Below, piece after piece: positions 9,833 to 18,667 of a stretch of DNA of 64,000 nt (the stretch's first letter is position 1; every line of letters begins with the position of its first letter). A model generated the notes under the pieces. The model searched no databases, was not told the origin of the DNA, and worked only from the letters and a program-made list of their open reading frames with translations. This DNA comes from an uncultured virus (IMG/VR IMGVR_UViG_3300042154_002964) (taxonomy: Duplodnaviria; Heunggongvirae; Uroviricota; Caudoviricetes): the IMG/VR virus record IMGVR_UViG_3300042154_002964; one strand, written 5' to 3'. Position numbers and translations under genes: made by a program.

Positions 9833-10888
9833 TTATAACTTTTTGAACTCAGGTCTTATTAGTCTCCATATAGTTTCGTCGTAATCTTTTTTATCCCACA
9901 TTTGAAACATCACACCTCTAAGTCCTTCTTTTATGTTTTTCATAACAAACTCTGCGTATTCTTTCTTAGTTGGTTCAGGGTCAACATCACCATATTTCCC
10001 GTATCTAAACCCATCGTGCATTTTACCACAATATTCAGATATTGAATAGTGAGCGTATCTCAAATCTTTAACGTAAGATTTTATTTTAGAATAGAATTCA
10101 TCAGGAACTTCTTTCATCATTTCTAAAACATCATCACCATTTCTCAAACATTCCCATATACCGGTAGTAGATACGTTAGTCATTATTTTATGTAGACGTA
10201 AGTATTCCACACCTTTAACTTTCATTCTATCACCATTTGAGAATAACACTATAAACCCTTCAGCGTCGTCTCTAACCATTTGTTTTAACACAGAATAGTC
10301 AGATATACCATCGTAACGTTTAACAACTTTTAAACCGATATTTCGTATAAGATTTTGTATTCTCATATCTAAATCCCCGTGTAAGTTTACTTCATATCCG
10401 TGTTTAGTGTTTGTCGAGCCAAGTAAAACAACATCTTCAAAATCATATGAACAAACTATTCTGTTTTCAGCATATATTATTTCAAATAAGTAAGTGAAGT
10501 CTTTATGTAATTTGTTGTAATCATAATTAGATAACATTTCCATACCTTTCACCGCTTGGTCGGAAGTAAATGAACCACGAGTTGCCATAACCCATTCCCC
10601 TTCGTAGTGGAATAATATCCCCAATGAACCATCCATTTTCTCATAGACTTTGAAATCATCAGTTGGGGTGTGTTTACCTTCCTCCATATTGAAGAATTTT
10701 CTAAATGGTCTTGCAACTATATTACCGTTGTCGTCAGTTACTAAACCACGACACATCAAAGTCACCTCATCCCATAAGTTCTCAAACTGAACTTTCTCAG
10801 TGTAATTCCATATGGTTAATGGTAAAGTTGGATGTACTTGTTTGTACAATAACCCATCATTGTAATATTTTTCTAAAGTTGCTTTCAT
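9833..10888 (-). CDS. T4 Rnl1-family RNA ligase
   Basis: CRGLV...RPFRKFFN, EKMDGSLG (motif I), FEII, EGF, RMKVK. Confidence 0.9.
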   Translation of the reverse strand: MKATLEKYYNDGLLYKQVHPTLPLTIWNYTEKVQFENLWDEVTLMCRGLVTDDNGNIVARPFRKFFNMEEGKHTPTDDFKVYEKMDGSLGILFHYEGEWVMATRGSFTSDQAVKGMEMLSNYDYNKLHKDFTYLFEIIYAENRIVCSYDFEDVVLLGSTNTKHGYEVNLHGDLDMRIQNLIRNIGLKVVKRYDGISDYSVLKQMVRDDAEGFIVLFSNGDRMKVKGVEYLRLHKIMTNVSTTGIWECLRNGDDVLEMMKEVPDEFYSKIKSYVKDLRYAHYSISEYCGKMHDGFRYGKYGDVDPEPTKKEYAEFVMKNIKEGLRGVMFQMWDKKDYDETIWRLIRPEFKKL

Positions 10889-10900
10889 ACAACAAATATA

Positions 10901-11842
10901 CTAAATTCTTTTAATAATCGTACCGTCTGAATAGTGAAAAAATTTCATTCCAGGTGAATCTACCGTAACGTCTTGACCTAATGTGTTTGTTATCTTAATT
11001 AATTCGGGGGTGAATTTACGATTATCAATTGATATGATATTAAAATCTTTTGATTTACCATCATAATCGGTTTGCGTTAAATAATAATATGAAATATCAT
11101 TAAAATAACCCCTCTCTAAGTATTGGTAAAAATGCGTAAATGATGAGGTTCCGACACCATCAACTTTTGCGACTTCCACCCAATTAATTGGGTAATATGT
11201 TTTAAAAATTGTGAAGAATTGATTATTAGTTTCTGTGGCAGTCGCCCATTCAAGTAAATTACCATCCTCAGTTTGTTTACCCTTGAAGTATAATAATTCA
11301 ATAGGTAAACCTACAGGTTCAGATTCAAAGATTGATAAGTCATCTAAATATGCTGATGTTGGACCACCATAGATTGTGTTAGTCCATATTTGAAAATAAC
11401 CCGACCCTGCGTATGTGGATAATATAGTAAACGACCATTGATACCAAGTATTCCAATTTGAATTACAACTTGAGTTAGTTTGATTATCAGTTGTTAATAA
11501 TGTTGTTTGATTTGGTAACTCATTAGTGTTTACAACTACCGAACAAACACGTTTTGTGTAAAAGGTTATTGTGTAATTATAATTCGCTTTAAAAGTAATA
11601 GGAATATAAATATAAATTGAATTACCATTTGCCGCGGATGAAAATCTTGAGGAATACTTCGTCGCGTCAAAAACATTACGATAATTTCCTGTGGCACTTT
11701 CATTCCTGTTAAAGACCCAAACATTTGAAGTTGATGACCATCCTGATGGTGATACACTTGAGAAGTGTTGGTCAACAAGATAAGTCTGTCCATAAGTGAA
11801 TATAGACAGACTTAACATTAAGATATTAATTAAAGTTTTCAT
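10901..11842 (-). CDS. secreted Bacteroidota-type protein with carbohydrate-binding-like domain and T9SS-like C-terminus
   Basis: Signal peptide; LPIELLYFKG...LEWATATETNN...YYYLTQTDYDG module typical of Bacteroidota secreted proteins; C-terminal NTLGQ...YSDG. Confidence 0.65.
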   Translation of the reverse strand: MKTLINILMLSLSIFTYGQTYLVDQHFSSVSPSGWSSTSNVWVFNRNESATGNYRNVFDATKYSSRFSSAANGNSIYIYIPITFKANYNYTITFYTKRVCSVVVNTNELPNQTTLLTTDNQTNSSCNSNWNTWYQWSFTILSTYAGSGYFQIWTNTIYGGPTSAYLDDLSIFESEPVGLPIELLYFKGKQTEDGNLLEWATATETNNQFFTIFKTYYPINWVEVAKVDGVGTSSFTHFYQYLERGYFNDISYYYLTQTDYDGKSKDFNIISIDNRKFTPELIKITNTLGQDVTVDSPGMKFFHYSDGTIIKRI

Positions 11843-12873
11843 TTCTCATTTAATAAGAATTTATTAGAGATTGCTTTGAAACTGATTTTTCTGTCGTGTG
11901 AACGAATAACTAGCCCCTCTCTTTCGGTTTTAATATTTAAAACAGACTTACCTTCAGCCATTAACAATAATTCATCAATTGTTTCAGGTAATGTAAAATC
12001 TAAGTCGAGAATTGGAACCGTTTTCACTTCCAAAATTTTAGTCAATTCAAGCAAATCATCTAACGATAAATAGTCGTACTTGTCAATATCAAATCCGTTG
12101 AATATTCTAACTGTTTGACCAATACGTTGGTAAGGATTTCCTTGAATTCCTTCACCGATGATTTCACCTTGTACCGCAAGGTTTTTCTCCAATCCAACCA
12201 ACTTATCACGTAATCCTGATTCGATTGCGAATTTCCACATAGAATTGTTCACATCCTCCAATAAATCCAAGTTTCTTGAACACACTCCAAATACCCCGTC
12301 TTTAACGTAGTAAGTTACACTAGAACCATCTAATTTCTCAGTTACGTAGAATTTCGCCAATTTGTAGATAGGGTATTCTTTTGTCAAGTTTTGAACTCTT
12401 TCTTCATCAGTTTTCTTTAAAAATGAAGGAAAATTACCTTTAACTTGTCCTGCCAATTGTGCGGGAATTGGTGGTTCGTATTTCACAATGTTTAACATTT
12501 CTGTTACGTCAAGACCTTCAAACCAACCCATATCCATATTCGGTGTGTTTCTTTTGAAAACATCGTAAGCCTCTTTAAGGGGTAAGATTAACCCTTGAGA
12601 GATTTGACCTCGTAATCTGATTGTTTTCAAACGGAAACCTTCATTACCGTCCGCCATTTTTTTGTATGAACTCTTACGTAAAAATTCAAACTCAGGTTCA
12701 ATAGGTAAAAATGAGTCAACCTCACAGTAAACAATTAAGTCACCTACTTTATGATTTACATCTTTAGCAACAACAACTTTCCATCCGTCAATTGTTGCCA
12801 ATTCAATTTTGTCAGCCCCTTCGATTGGACTTAAATCAGAAATTTGTCTAATACTCGCTAATTTTCTTTCCAT
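11839..12873 (-). CDS. RNA ligase, DRB0094/Rnl5 family
   Basis: N-terminal OB domain (RKLASI...IEGADKIE...SQGL), TEKLDGSS, QGE, REGLV, SFKAISNKFL. Confidence 0.9.
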   Translation of the reverse strand: MERKLASIRQISDLSPIEGADKIELATIDGWKVVVAKDVNHKVGDLIVYCEVDSFLPIEPEFEFLRKSSYKKMADGNEGFRLKTIRLRGQISQGLILPLKEAYDVFKRNTPNMDMGWFEGLDVTEMLNIVKYEPPIPAQLAGQVKGNFPSFLKKTDEERVQNLTKEYPIYKLAKFYVTEKLDGSSVTYYVKDGVFGVCSRNLDLLEDVNNSMWKFAIESGLRDKLVGLEKNLAVQGEIIGEGIQGNPYQRIGQTVRIFNGFDIDKYDYLSLDDLLELTKILEVKTVPILDLDFTLPETIDELLLMAEGKSVLNIKTEREGLVIRSHDRKISFKAISNKFLLNEK

Positions 12874-13033
12874 TTGTTCTTGTGTTAAATAATTTTATAT
12901 ATTTTATTCTCAATGTTTTGTATTGTCTTATCATAAACTGACTTATATTGTCAGGGTTTGATGAATGTAATTCAATCATATAATTGGTTGACCTTACCTC
13001 ATCCAATAAATCGAGTAATTCATATTTTTCCAT
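12848..13033 (-). CDS. hypothetical protein
   Basis: ORF coupled by overlap to its neighbours. Confidence 0.55.
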   Translation of the reverse strand: MEKYELLDLLDEVRSTNYMIELHSSNPDNISQFMIRQYKTLRIKYIKLFNTRTNGKKISEY

Positions 13034-13382
13034 CGTCAATTCTTTTAACCATTTCCGATTGTGTGTATACTTCCTCACCCGATTCAAATTTAATCAATAA
13101 ATCTAAATTCACAACTTTATTATCCATATATTTTTCAGTGTAAGTGTAATTACAATTTGTTTGAATAACAATACCGTGGTTTTGAAATAATTTATCAATC
13201 CCTGACCGGTGTTTTAACGTGTCTTTATCAATGTTATAACTACCATCCCAAATCAAGACTCTATCACCTACATCTTTAATTCTATCGTCTTTATGTTGTT
13301 TGATATACTCTTGTATTTCTTTTAACATATTAACCGATTCTAAGAATAAATCATCTTGATTATTTTCGTCGTAAGTTTCCAT
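13020..13382 (-). CDS. hypothetical protein
   Basis: 120-aa ORF in operon. Confidence 0.7.
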   Translation of the reverse strand: METYDENNQDDLFLESVNMLKEIQEYIKQHKDDRIKDVGDRVLIWDGSYNIDKDTLKHRSGIDKLFQNHGIVIQTNCNYTYTEKYMDNKVVNLDLLIKFESGEEVYTQSEMVKRIDDGKI

Positions 13383-13387
13383 AATAA

Positions 13388-14056
13388 TTAACCAATAACA
13401 TTTAACATTTCATCAGTGTGGTGGTCCTTTTCAATCTCAGAATGAATTGGTTGTCTATCTAACAATGGAACCAACTCTCCCATAAGATTGTATGGTCTAA
13501 ACTCTAAATGACCATCAATACCAGCATCAATTCTTCTCCCTTTTCCTAATCTTCTATTGTTAGGTAAGTGACAGTGACCGTGTATGTGCATCGCACCTTT
13601 ACGTAAGTTATTCCACGAGTCAATTGGGTAGTGCATCAATTGAATTTCTCTTTTCCCAATCTTCAATGTGTTGTAGTGAGAAACACTCAAAAACAATTCT
13701 TGAACGTTGTCTTTATTATTCTCAATGTGGTGGTCGTGATTCCCCAAGATTAAGTGTATGTTTTTACATACAACTCTATCTCTGAATTTTCGGATTGACT
13801 CGAACCCACCAAAAGACCAATCACCCAAGTGAATTAAGATATCGTCTTCTTTAACGTATTGGTTAATGTTATTAACTATTGTGTCATTCATTAAATCAAG
13901 ATTACTGAAGTCACGAGTTTCTTTAATTGGAATTGAACCGTCAGGTTTTCTCCAACTTGTTGTACCACGACAAATGTTTGTGTGATTGTAGTGAGTATCT
14001 GATGTTACCCAAACATTTGGGTATTTTCCTTGTTTATTTGCGTTAATTTTAATCAT
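13388..14056 (-). CDS. calcineurin-like metallophosphoesterase
   Basis: SDTH, HLGD, GNHD, HYP, HGHCH motifs. Confidence 0.9.
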   Translation of the reverse strand: MIKINANKQGKYPNVWVTSDTHYNHTNICRGTTSWRKPDGSIPIKETRDFSNLDLMNDTIVNNINQYVKEDDILIHLGDWSFGGFESIRKFRDRVVCKNIHLILGNHDHHIENNKDNVQELFLSVSHYNTLKIGKREIQLMHYPIDSWNNLRKGAMHIHGHCHLPNNRRLGKGRRIDAGIDGHLEFRPYNLMGELVPLLDRQPIHSEIEKDHHTDEMLNVIG

Positions 14057-14573
14057 ATTGTAAATCTAGTAATTTTTCACCACTAAACCAAGATGGAACG
14101 TCTCTTTTTTTCCACGCCGCCAAATCTGATTTAGCTCCTTTATAATATTTTCGGTAAGATAATACTGCCGAGGTGATAGGATGACAATAACTTACCGTTT
14201 TAAACTCGTCTGGCATCGCCAATGGGGGACAAGTGAATTCTGTGTCAGGAATGTTTGGTCTGTTGAATAGACACCATTTAATGACCTCAACCGATTTATG
14301 AGTTTTACCATATCTAAATGTATATTCTTCACCCAACGCTAAACCTAATTCACACAAGTACAAATAGTTTGGTAATGTCTCACGAGCCCAAATCGCACAA
14401 GGGTGGTTCTTATGTGTCATCTTGTATGGGATTAGTTCTTTATCCACATTACCAGTTAAATGTTGAACTGAACACAATAGTTGTGCAGTTTCCAATATCA
14501 TTTTAACAACGTGTTTGTCTACGTGATATTGTGCATTTTTCTTAACGTCGGTATCTAAAAAGAATATGTTCAT
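14049..14573 (-). CDS. pyrimidine-dimer DNA glycosylase/endonuclease V-like protein
   Basis: MNIFFLD...DKHVVKMILETAQLL...HKNHPCAIW...YTFRYGKTH. Confidence 0.75.
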   Translation of the reverse strand: MNIFFLDTDVKKNAQYHVDKHVVKMILETAQLLCSVQHLTGNVDKELIPYKMTHKNHPCAIWARETLPNYLYLCELGLALGEEYTFRYGKTHKSVEVIKWCLFNRPNIPDTEFTCPPLAMPDEFKTVSYCHPITSAVLSYRKYYKGAKSDLAAWKKRDVPSWFSGEKLLDLQYD

Positions 14574-14574
14574 A

Positions 14575-15033
14575 TTATACAGTATGTTCAATTTGTACTC
14601 TAACACAAGTTTGTGATTGTCCTTCATTCATCAAGAAGTTGTTACAATACCCCATTATATTAGCGGACCCAATTGGGTTTGCTGAATGTACAACAATTTC
14701 AGGGAACTTAATAGGTTTTTGTTTTTTATCAAATCTTGACATATTGATTCTATTCTCATTTAATCCGTAGAATTCTGATACCAACCATTTAATTGCGTCG
14801 TAACCTGTTTTTTCTTCGATGTTATCGTAATCTAATTTATAATTTTTAGATACGTTATTGAAGTATTCTTGCATCGCACTATCACCTAAGTCGTGGTCCA
14901 ATGAAATTAATTTGATATTAGTTAAACCAACTTTGTTTACCAAATTAACAAACTCATAGAAGTTTCTTACTACTAACCAATCTTTATCGACAGGTGTTCT
15001 TACATCATCTAAATATATTTTTACTTTTTCCAT
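14575..15033 (-). CDS. cyclic-phosphate-processing receiver-domain protein
   Basis: YLDDVRTP, ISLDHDLG, TGYD, VHSANPIG motifs. Confidence 0.75.
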   Translation of the reverse strand: MEKVKIYLDDVRTPVDKDWLVVRNFYEFVNLVNKVGLTNIKLISLDHDLGDSAMQEYFNNVSKNYKLDYDNIEEKTGYDAIKWLVSEFYGLNENRINMSRFDKKQKPIKFPEIVVHSANPIGSANIMGYCNNFLMNEGQSQTCVRVQIEHTV

Positions 15034-15056
15034 AATCTTTCTTTTAACAAATATAA

Positions 15057-15404
15057 TCAATATCTATGAACGTACACTATCAATCCAAGTTTTTTTGATG
15101 TGTCTATCATATTTTTAGTCCCTTTACTCTCACCGTCCCAAAACGCAATTAACATATCACCATATTCGGCCATTTGTCTATTACGGATGTGACCGGCACC
15201 TTTACCGTGTTTATTCCAATCGGCAGGAAATACCTTTAAATCAAAACCCTTTTCTTTGGAATATTGTTCACCCAATTTATCGGTTCCTCTAGCACCACCA
15301 CTAACAATTTCAGGTGTGGTAAGTGTTGGTATAACACCGTCACATATCTCACGTAGTAATTCATAATCGTTGAATTCTCTACCACCAGCAATAATGACTT
15401 TCAT
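15057..15404 (-). CDS. YspA/DUF2493 SLOG-family protein
   Basis: IIAGGR, VSGGARGTD, ADW...AGHIRN, AFWDGESKGT. Confidence 0.85.
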   Translation of the reverse strand: MKVIIAGGREFNDYELLREICDGVIPTLTTPEIVSGGARGTDKLGEQYSKEKGFDLKVFPADWNKHGKGAGHIRNRQMAEYGDMLIAFWDGESKGTKNMIDTSKKLGLIVYVHRY

Positions 15405-15631
15405 TATCTGAAGAAATATTTTCTTGAATAATACCCAAGGGTGTTTATGTCAATATCATCATTATTAATGAACATAAATCCTTGATATTGGTCGGCGATA
15501 TGTAACGCACTTTCAATCATAGTACAAATACCAATTTTAAAATCTTTGGTTGCGATTTCATCGGTTCTTGATAATTGAAGGTTTGCGTAATCAACCATAT
15601 CTTTAACTGAAACTGTTTTTCTTTTTGCCAT
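15404..15631 (-). CDS. hypothetical protein
   Basis: 75-aa ORF at head of operon. Confidence 0.65.
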   Translation of the reverse strand: MAKRKTVSVKDMVDYANLQLSRTDEIATKDFKIGICTMIESALHIADQYQGFMFINNDDIDINTLGYYSRKYFFR

Positions 15632-15697
15632 AACATTAAGTTTTATGTTACGAAGATATATAAATTTTGGGGAAAAACATACGGAATAGAAAAAAAA

Positions 15698-15806
15698 GTT
15701 ATTAATACAGGATTCGAACCTGTGAGTCCCCGTGTATAGGTATCATACATACCACATTCCCGGACTTTATGTATGCTCAACCTTAAGCCACTCGGTCAAT
15801 TAATTA
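15698..15806 (-). ncRNA. tRNA-like element with aberrant enlarged anticodon arm
   Basis: D-arm CCGAGTGGCTTAAGG and T-arm ACAGGTTCGAATCCTGT intact; anticodon arm replaced by CATACATA-16 nt-TATGTATG. Confidence 0.55.
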
Positions 15807-15807
15807 A

Positions 15808-16018
15808 CCACCCCTGAGATTACGGGGTGTAGATGTCCTCAGTTTTTCTTATACAAAACCCAACGCGTCTTACCGCTTAAAAATCAACCATTACGTCGGA
15901 GTGAGGATGGTGTTCCACACTATTAGCCCAACGACCCCCTTTACAAATCCTAATGAGGTATCAGATATATCATTGTTTAAGTAACGATACCAAATCTAGT
16001 GAGTTTCTCGAACTCATT
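15808..16018 (-). ncRNA. candidate structured ncRNA sharing a 3' motif with the GOLLD-like RNA
   Basis: ORF-free; ACTGAGG...CCCCG-TAATCTCA-GGGG end. Confidence 0.4.
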
Positions 16019-16019
16019 G

Positions 16020-16094
16020 TGGAGACAGTGGGAATCGAACCCACCACACGGTGATTGCAAATCATCATCGCCACGCCTTGGAACATTTGCCCCC
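16020..16094 (-). tRNA. tRNA-Ala(UGC)
   Basis: Acceptor GGGGGCA/TGTCTCC with G3:U70; A73; loop TTTGCAA. Confidence 0.8.
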
Positions 16095-16100
16095 AAATTT

Positions 16101-16200
16101 AGACAACAGGTAATACTCACATTTATTATTACCTAACTCAACGACCTCTGCAGTTGTGAATCTGTTTTAAAGGTTTTCCTCGGTGAAGAGTTTGTTGTCT
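16101..16200 (-). ncRNA. candidate multi-stem small RNA
   Basis: Closed by AGACAAC/GTTGTCT; internal AGGTAATA/TATTACCT and AACTC/GAGTT helices. Confidence 0.4.
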
Positions 16201-16206
16201 ATTTTT

Positions 16207-16365
16207 TTATTTGAAAGACTTTGATTGGTCCTCCCTATTTAATTCTTTCTCAATGTAGATATTGACCATATGTATTAGTGTGTCAGAATCAATATCAATT
16301 GTTTGACTTTCCTTACTTTCTTTCAGAAACGGAAAGATATTTTTAAAATACTCCTCGAATTTCAT
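16207..16365 (-). CDS. small hypothetical protein (52 aa)
   Basis: Manual translation MKFEEYFKNIFPFLKE...SFK*. Confidence 0.55.
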   Translation of the reverse strand: MKFEEYFKNIFPFLKESKESQTIDIDSDTLIHMVNIYIEKELNREDQSKSFK

Positions 16366-16369
16366 TTTA

Positions 16370-16702
16370 TTATAACTTTATAAATGTTTCATTTTTGATT
16401 GATTTACTAATCCATCTTGCTAATTCAGAACCTCTTATTTCCGAATTGAAAGAAGTTGTCCCAAGGTCTTCAGATAATGTTGTGACCACATCTGACTCCT
16501 TAACTTTCGCACCAACTTCTAATGTTGATACATTATGTGTGACCTTTACATCAACTGTTGAAATTGGAAACTCGTACATATCACCAAAAACCTCAATCTT
16601 GTAATACAAATTACCTGCAATATAGTGACTAAATTTAGCCATTGCTTTAGACTTCATTAAGTCTTTTTTAATTTCAGTTTCGTTTAACTCAATTGTAACC
16701 AT
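16370..16702 (-). CDS. hypothetical protein
   Basis: ORF within tRNA region. Confidence 0.7.
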   Translation of the reverse strand: MVTIELNETEIKKDLMKSKAMAKFSHYIAGNLYYKIEVFGDMYEFPISTVDVKVTHNVSTLEVGAKVKESDVVTTLSEDLGTTSFNSEIRGSELARWISKSIKNETFIKL

Positions 16703-17009
16703 TTTCCAATTTCCATTTATTATGTAATTCATTTATTGTGTGATAAGGACTACCTACACCTTCATAAATCTCATCAAAACCATTTTCTTTAGTAATAACA
16801 GATTCTTCAGCTTTAATTGCCCCCCTATATTTATCCCCGTAACTTCCTTGAACTGTTTTTGTTGCCGGGTCAATATCACCCCAAGATGCTCTCCAACTTC
16901 TTGGTTCAATATATTCTACGAAATATTGTTTACCTGTTTCAGGAAATACAACAATTTCTTTTCCTGTTTCGTCTCGATTTACTAAGAAATCTCTTTTTAC
17001 ATCTTCCAT
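16689..17009 (-). CDS. hypothetical protein
   Basis: 106 aa; WGDIDPATK...YGDKYRGAI. Confidence 0.75.
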   Translation of the reverse strand: MEDVKRDFLVNRDETGKEIVVFPETGKQYFVEYIEPRSWRASWGDIDPATKTVQGSYGDKYRGAIKAEESVITKENGFDEIYEGVGSPYHTINELHNKWKLENGYN

Positions 17010-17038
17010 AACTGACTGTTATACTGTTTATTTTATTG

Positions 17039-17111
17039 AGCGGGTGGGGGGAATCGAACCCTCGTCCTTAGATTGGAAGTCTAATATAATAAGCCACTAT
17101 ACGACACCCGC
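17039..17111 (-). tRNA. tRNA-Gly(UCC)
   Basis: TTAGA-CTTCCAA-TCTAA; GCGGGTG acceptor; U73. Confidence 0.92.
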
Positions 17112-17197
17112 AATTTGGGTAGAATCAGACGCGTTCTGTCTACCGAGACCTCGACGTTGTACTATGTTTCAAGTCAGAGCGTACCGAGACACTATTG

Positions 17198-17277
17198 TGA
17201 ACCTGGAGGGAGTCGAACCCTCAATCCTAAAAATCGCGGCTTAAACACGACGCGTATACCAATTTCGCCACAGGTCC
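17198..17277 (-). tRNA. tRNA-Leu(UAA)
   Basis: TCGTG-TTTAAGC-CGCGA; Leu-type D arm. Confidence 0.85.
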
Positions 17278-17283
17278 TTTTTG

Positions 17284-17356
17284 TACCCCTACAGGGATTC
17301 TAACCCCGATTAAACCCTTAGAAGGGGTTGGTCCTATACAGTTGAACGATAGGGGC
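17284..17356 (-). tRNA. tRNA-Arg(UCU), non-canonical T- and D-loops
   Basis: AACCC-CTTCTAA-GGGTT; T-loop TTAGAAT; D-loop lacks GG. Confidence 0.7.
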
Positions 17357-17365
17357 GAATTATTG

Positions 17366-17437
17366 CGGACTATGTAGGATTCGAACCTACGACCTATCCG
17401 TTAACAGCGGAGTGCTCTACCACTGAGCTAATAGTCC
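17366..17437 (-). tRNA. tRNA-Asn(GUU)
   Basis: Loop CTGTTAA; canonical D and T arms. Confidence 0.92.
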
Positions 17438-17449
17438 ATTTAATTGTTG

Positions 17450-17522
17450 AGGTCCCTAACGGATTCGAACCGTTATCCCTGGGTTACAAAGCCAGAATAA
17501 TAAGCCATTATACTAAGAGACC
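17450..17522 (-). tRNA. tRNA-Thr(UGU)
   Basis: CTGGC-TTTGTAA-CCCAG. Confidence 0.85.
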
Positions 17523-17664
17523 AATTAAGAGTGTTATTAATTCGTTTTACCTAAGACCGCGAATCCACGTAAAACTCAACTTCACCAATATTTTTACTGC
17601 AGTTCCAATATTGTCACATTGCTACTATATTGAACTAATAACTACGAATTACCCATCATAATTT

Positions 17665-17740
17665 CACCATCGTTAGGGCTCGAACCTAAAGCTTCCGACT
17701 CCACGTCAGATGTGTTGACCAATTTACACCACTAGTTACT
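17665..17740 (-). pseudogene. tRNA-like element (Pro UGG-like, G33, broken acceptor stem)
   Basis: D arm, TCTGA-CGTGGAG-TCGGA and TTAGGTTCGAGCCCTAA present; acceptor strands do not pair. Confidence 0.55.
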
Positions 17741-17769
17741 TAGATTGACAAATAATTGTTTTTCTCTTT

Positions 17770-17845
17770 GCTGAATAATAAGGGTTCGAACCTTAATCTG
17801 AAATCCGTATTACCATCATCCGTGCTCCATTACACTATATCCAAT
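17770..17845 (-). pseudogene. tRNA-like element with unpaired anticodon stem
   Basis: TAGTGTAATGGAGCAC D arm and TAAGGTTCGAACCCTTA T arm. Confidence 0.5.
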
Positions 17846-17893
17846 CGACAGTTTCGAACCTGTCATATAAAGGGTTATAACTCCTTTATTTTG

Positions 17894-17965
17894 CGGTCTA
17901 TGCGAGAATCGAACTCGCGGCACATCCGTGACAGGGATGTATGTTAGCCACTACACCAATAGACC
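17894..17965 (-). tRNA. tRNA-Asp(GUC)
   Basis: CATCC-CTGTCAC-GGATG; G73. Confidence 0.92.
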
Positions 17966-17971
17966 ATAATA

Positions 17972-18154
17972 AAAACAAGTTTTTCGTGACCTTTACACAT
18001 CATAACCAATTTTACTCGGTGATTACATTTTCGTCATTGGGGTAGCTAATCCCCGACTTATAGTAATTCTACCCTCAATACTTTACTATCGCGAATCAAG
18101 TACCATCTTGGGATTTATAGACAGTGAGGGTTTACTCACCGTCTTCACTTGTTT
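17972..18154 (-). ncRNA. candidate structured RNA (~180 nt)
   Basis: Closed by AAACAAGT/ACTTGTTT; internal AGACGGTGAG/CTCACTGTCT and GGGG/CCCC hairpins. Confidence 0.4.
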
Positions 18155-18156
18155 AG

Positions 18157-18228
18157 TAGCGGGTACAGGATTCGAACCTGTGTCTTTGGGTTATGAGCCC
18201 AACGGGGTGACCACTCCCCCAACCCGCG
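18157..18228 (-). tRNA. initiator tRNA-fMet(CAU)
   Basis: GGG-CTCATAA-CCC anticodon stem; C1:U72 mismatch. Confidence 0.9.
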
Positions 18229-18233
18229 ATATG

Positions 18234-18310
18234 AATTACCCATAGGACTCGAACCTACAACCCTTCGCCCTTTTGAGCGATGTGCAAACCAATTTACACC
18301 ATAAGTAATT
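18234..18310 (-). pseudogene. tRNA-like element with non-canonical anticodon loop
   Basis: D and T arms intact; TCGCT-CAAAAG-GGCGA 6-nt loop without U33. Confidence 0.55.
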
Positions 18311-18405
18311 AATCAAGAACAATAAACAGAAATTAGTGTCGACAAATTTCCTTAGGCAATATGTTTATTTTCTTGTTAGGGTTCGGTTAATTACTCCGAC
18401 CTTTG

Positions 18406-18479
18406 TATCGCGTACGGGATTCGAACCCGTGATTTTCACCTTGAAAGGGTGACGACTTAAACCTCTCGTCTAACGCGAC
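18406..18479 (-). tRNA. tRNA-Glu(UUC)
   Basis: TCACC-CTTTCAA-GGTGA. Confidence 0.9.
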
Positions 18480-18491
18480 ATTTTGTTTTTT

Positions 18492-18570
18492 CTATTCCGA
18501 TATGTCAAAGACCTTTTGTTTTCTTTTGTCTTACAAATCTAATCATTTTCTTTTGTTCTCACAAGCTCTT
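18492..18570 (-). promoter_or_regulatory. promoter (TAGATTTG) plus boxA-like cassette
   Basis: TAGATTTGTAAGACAAAA...GTCTTTGACATATCGG; near-duplicate of 18832-18905. Confidence 0.65.
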
Positions 18571-18589
18571 TGTGATATTTTTTTTTCTG

Positions 18590-18663
18590 TAGTTCAGAAG
18601 GGATTTGAACCCCCAACCTTGACGATATAAGCGTCCTGCTCTCACCTGTTGAGCTACTGAACC
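18590..18663 (-). tRNA. tRNA-Ile(UAU)
   Basis: GGACG-CTTATAT-CGTCA; A73. Confidence 0.85.
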
Positions 18664-18667
18664 AAAT

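Noticed and set aside
16020..16094. tRNA-Cys call
   Set aside because: Stem register places UGC in the anticodon; G3:U70 and A73 indicate Ala
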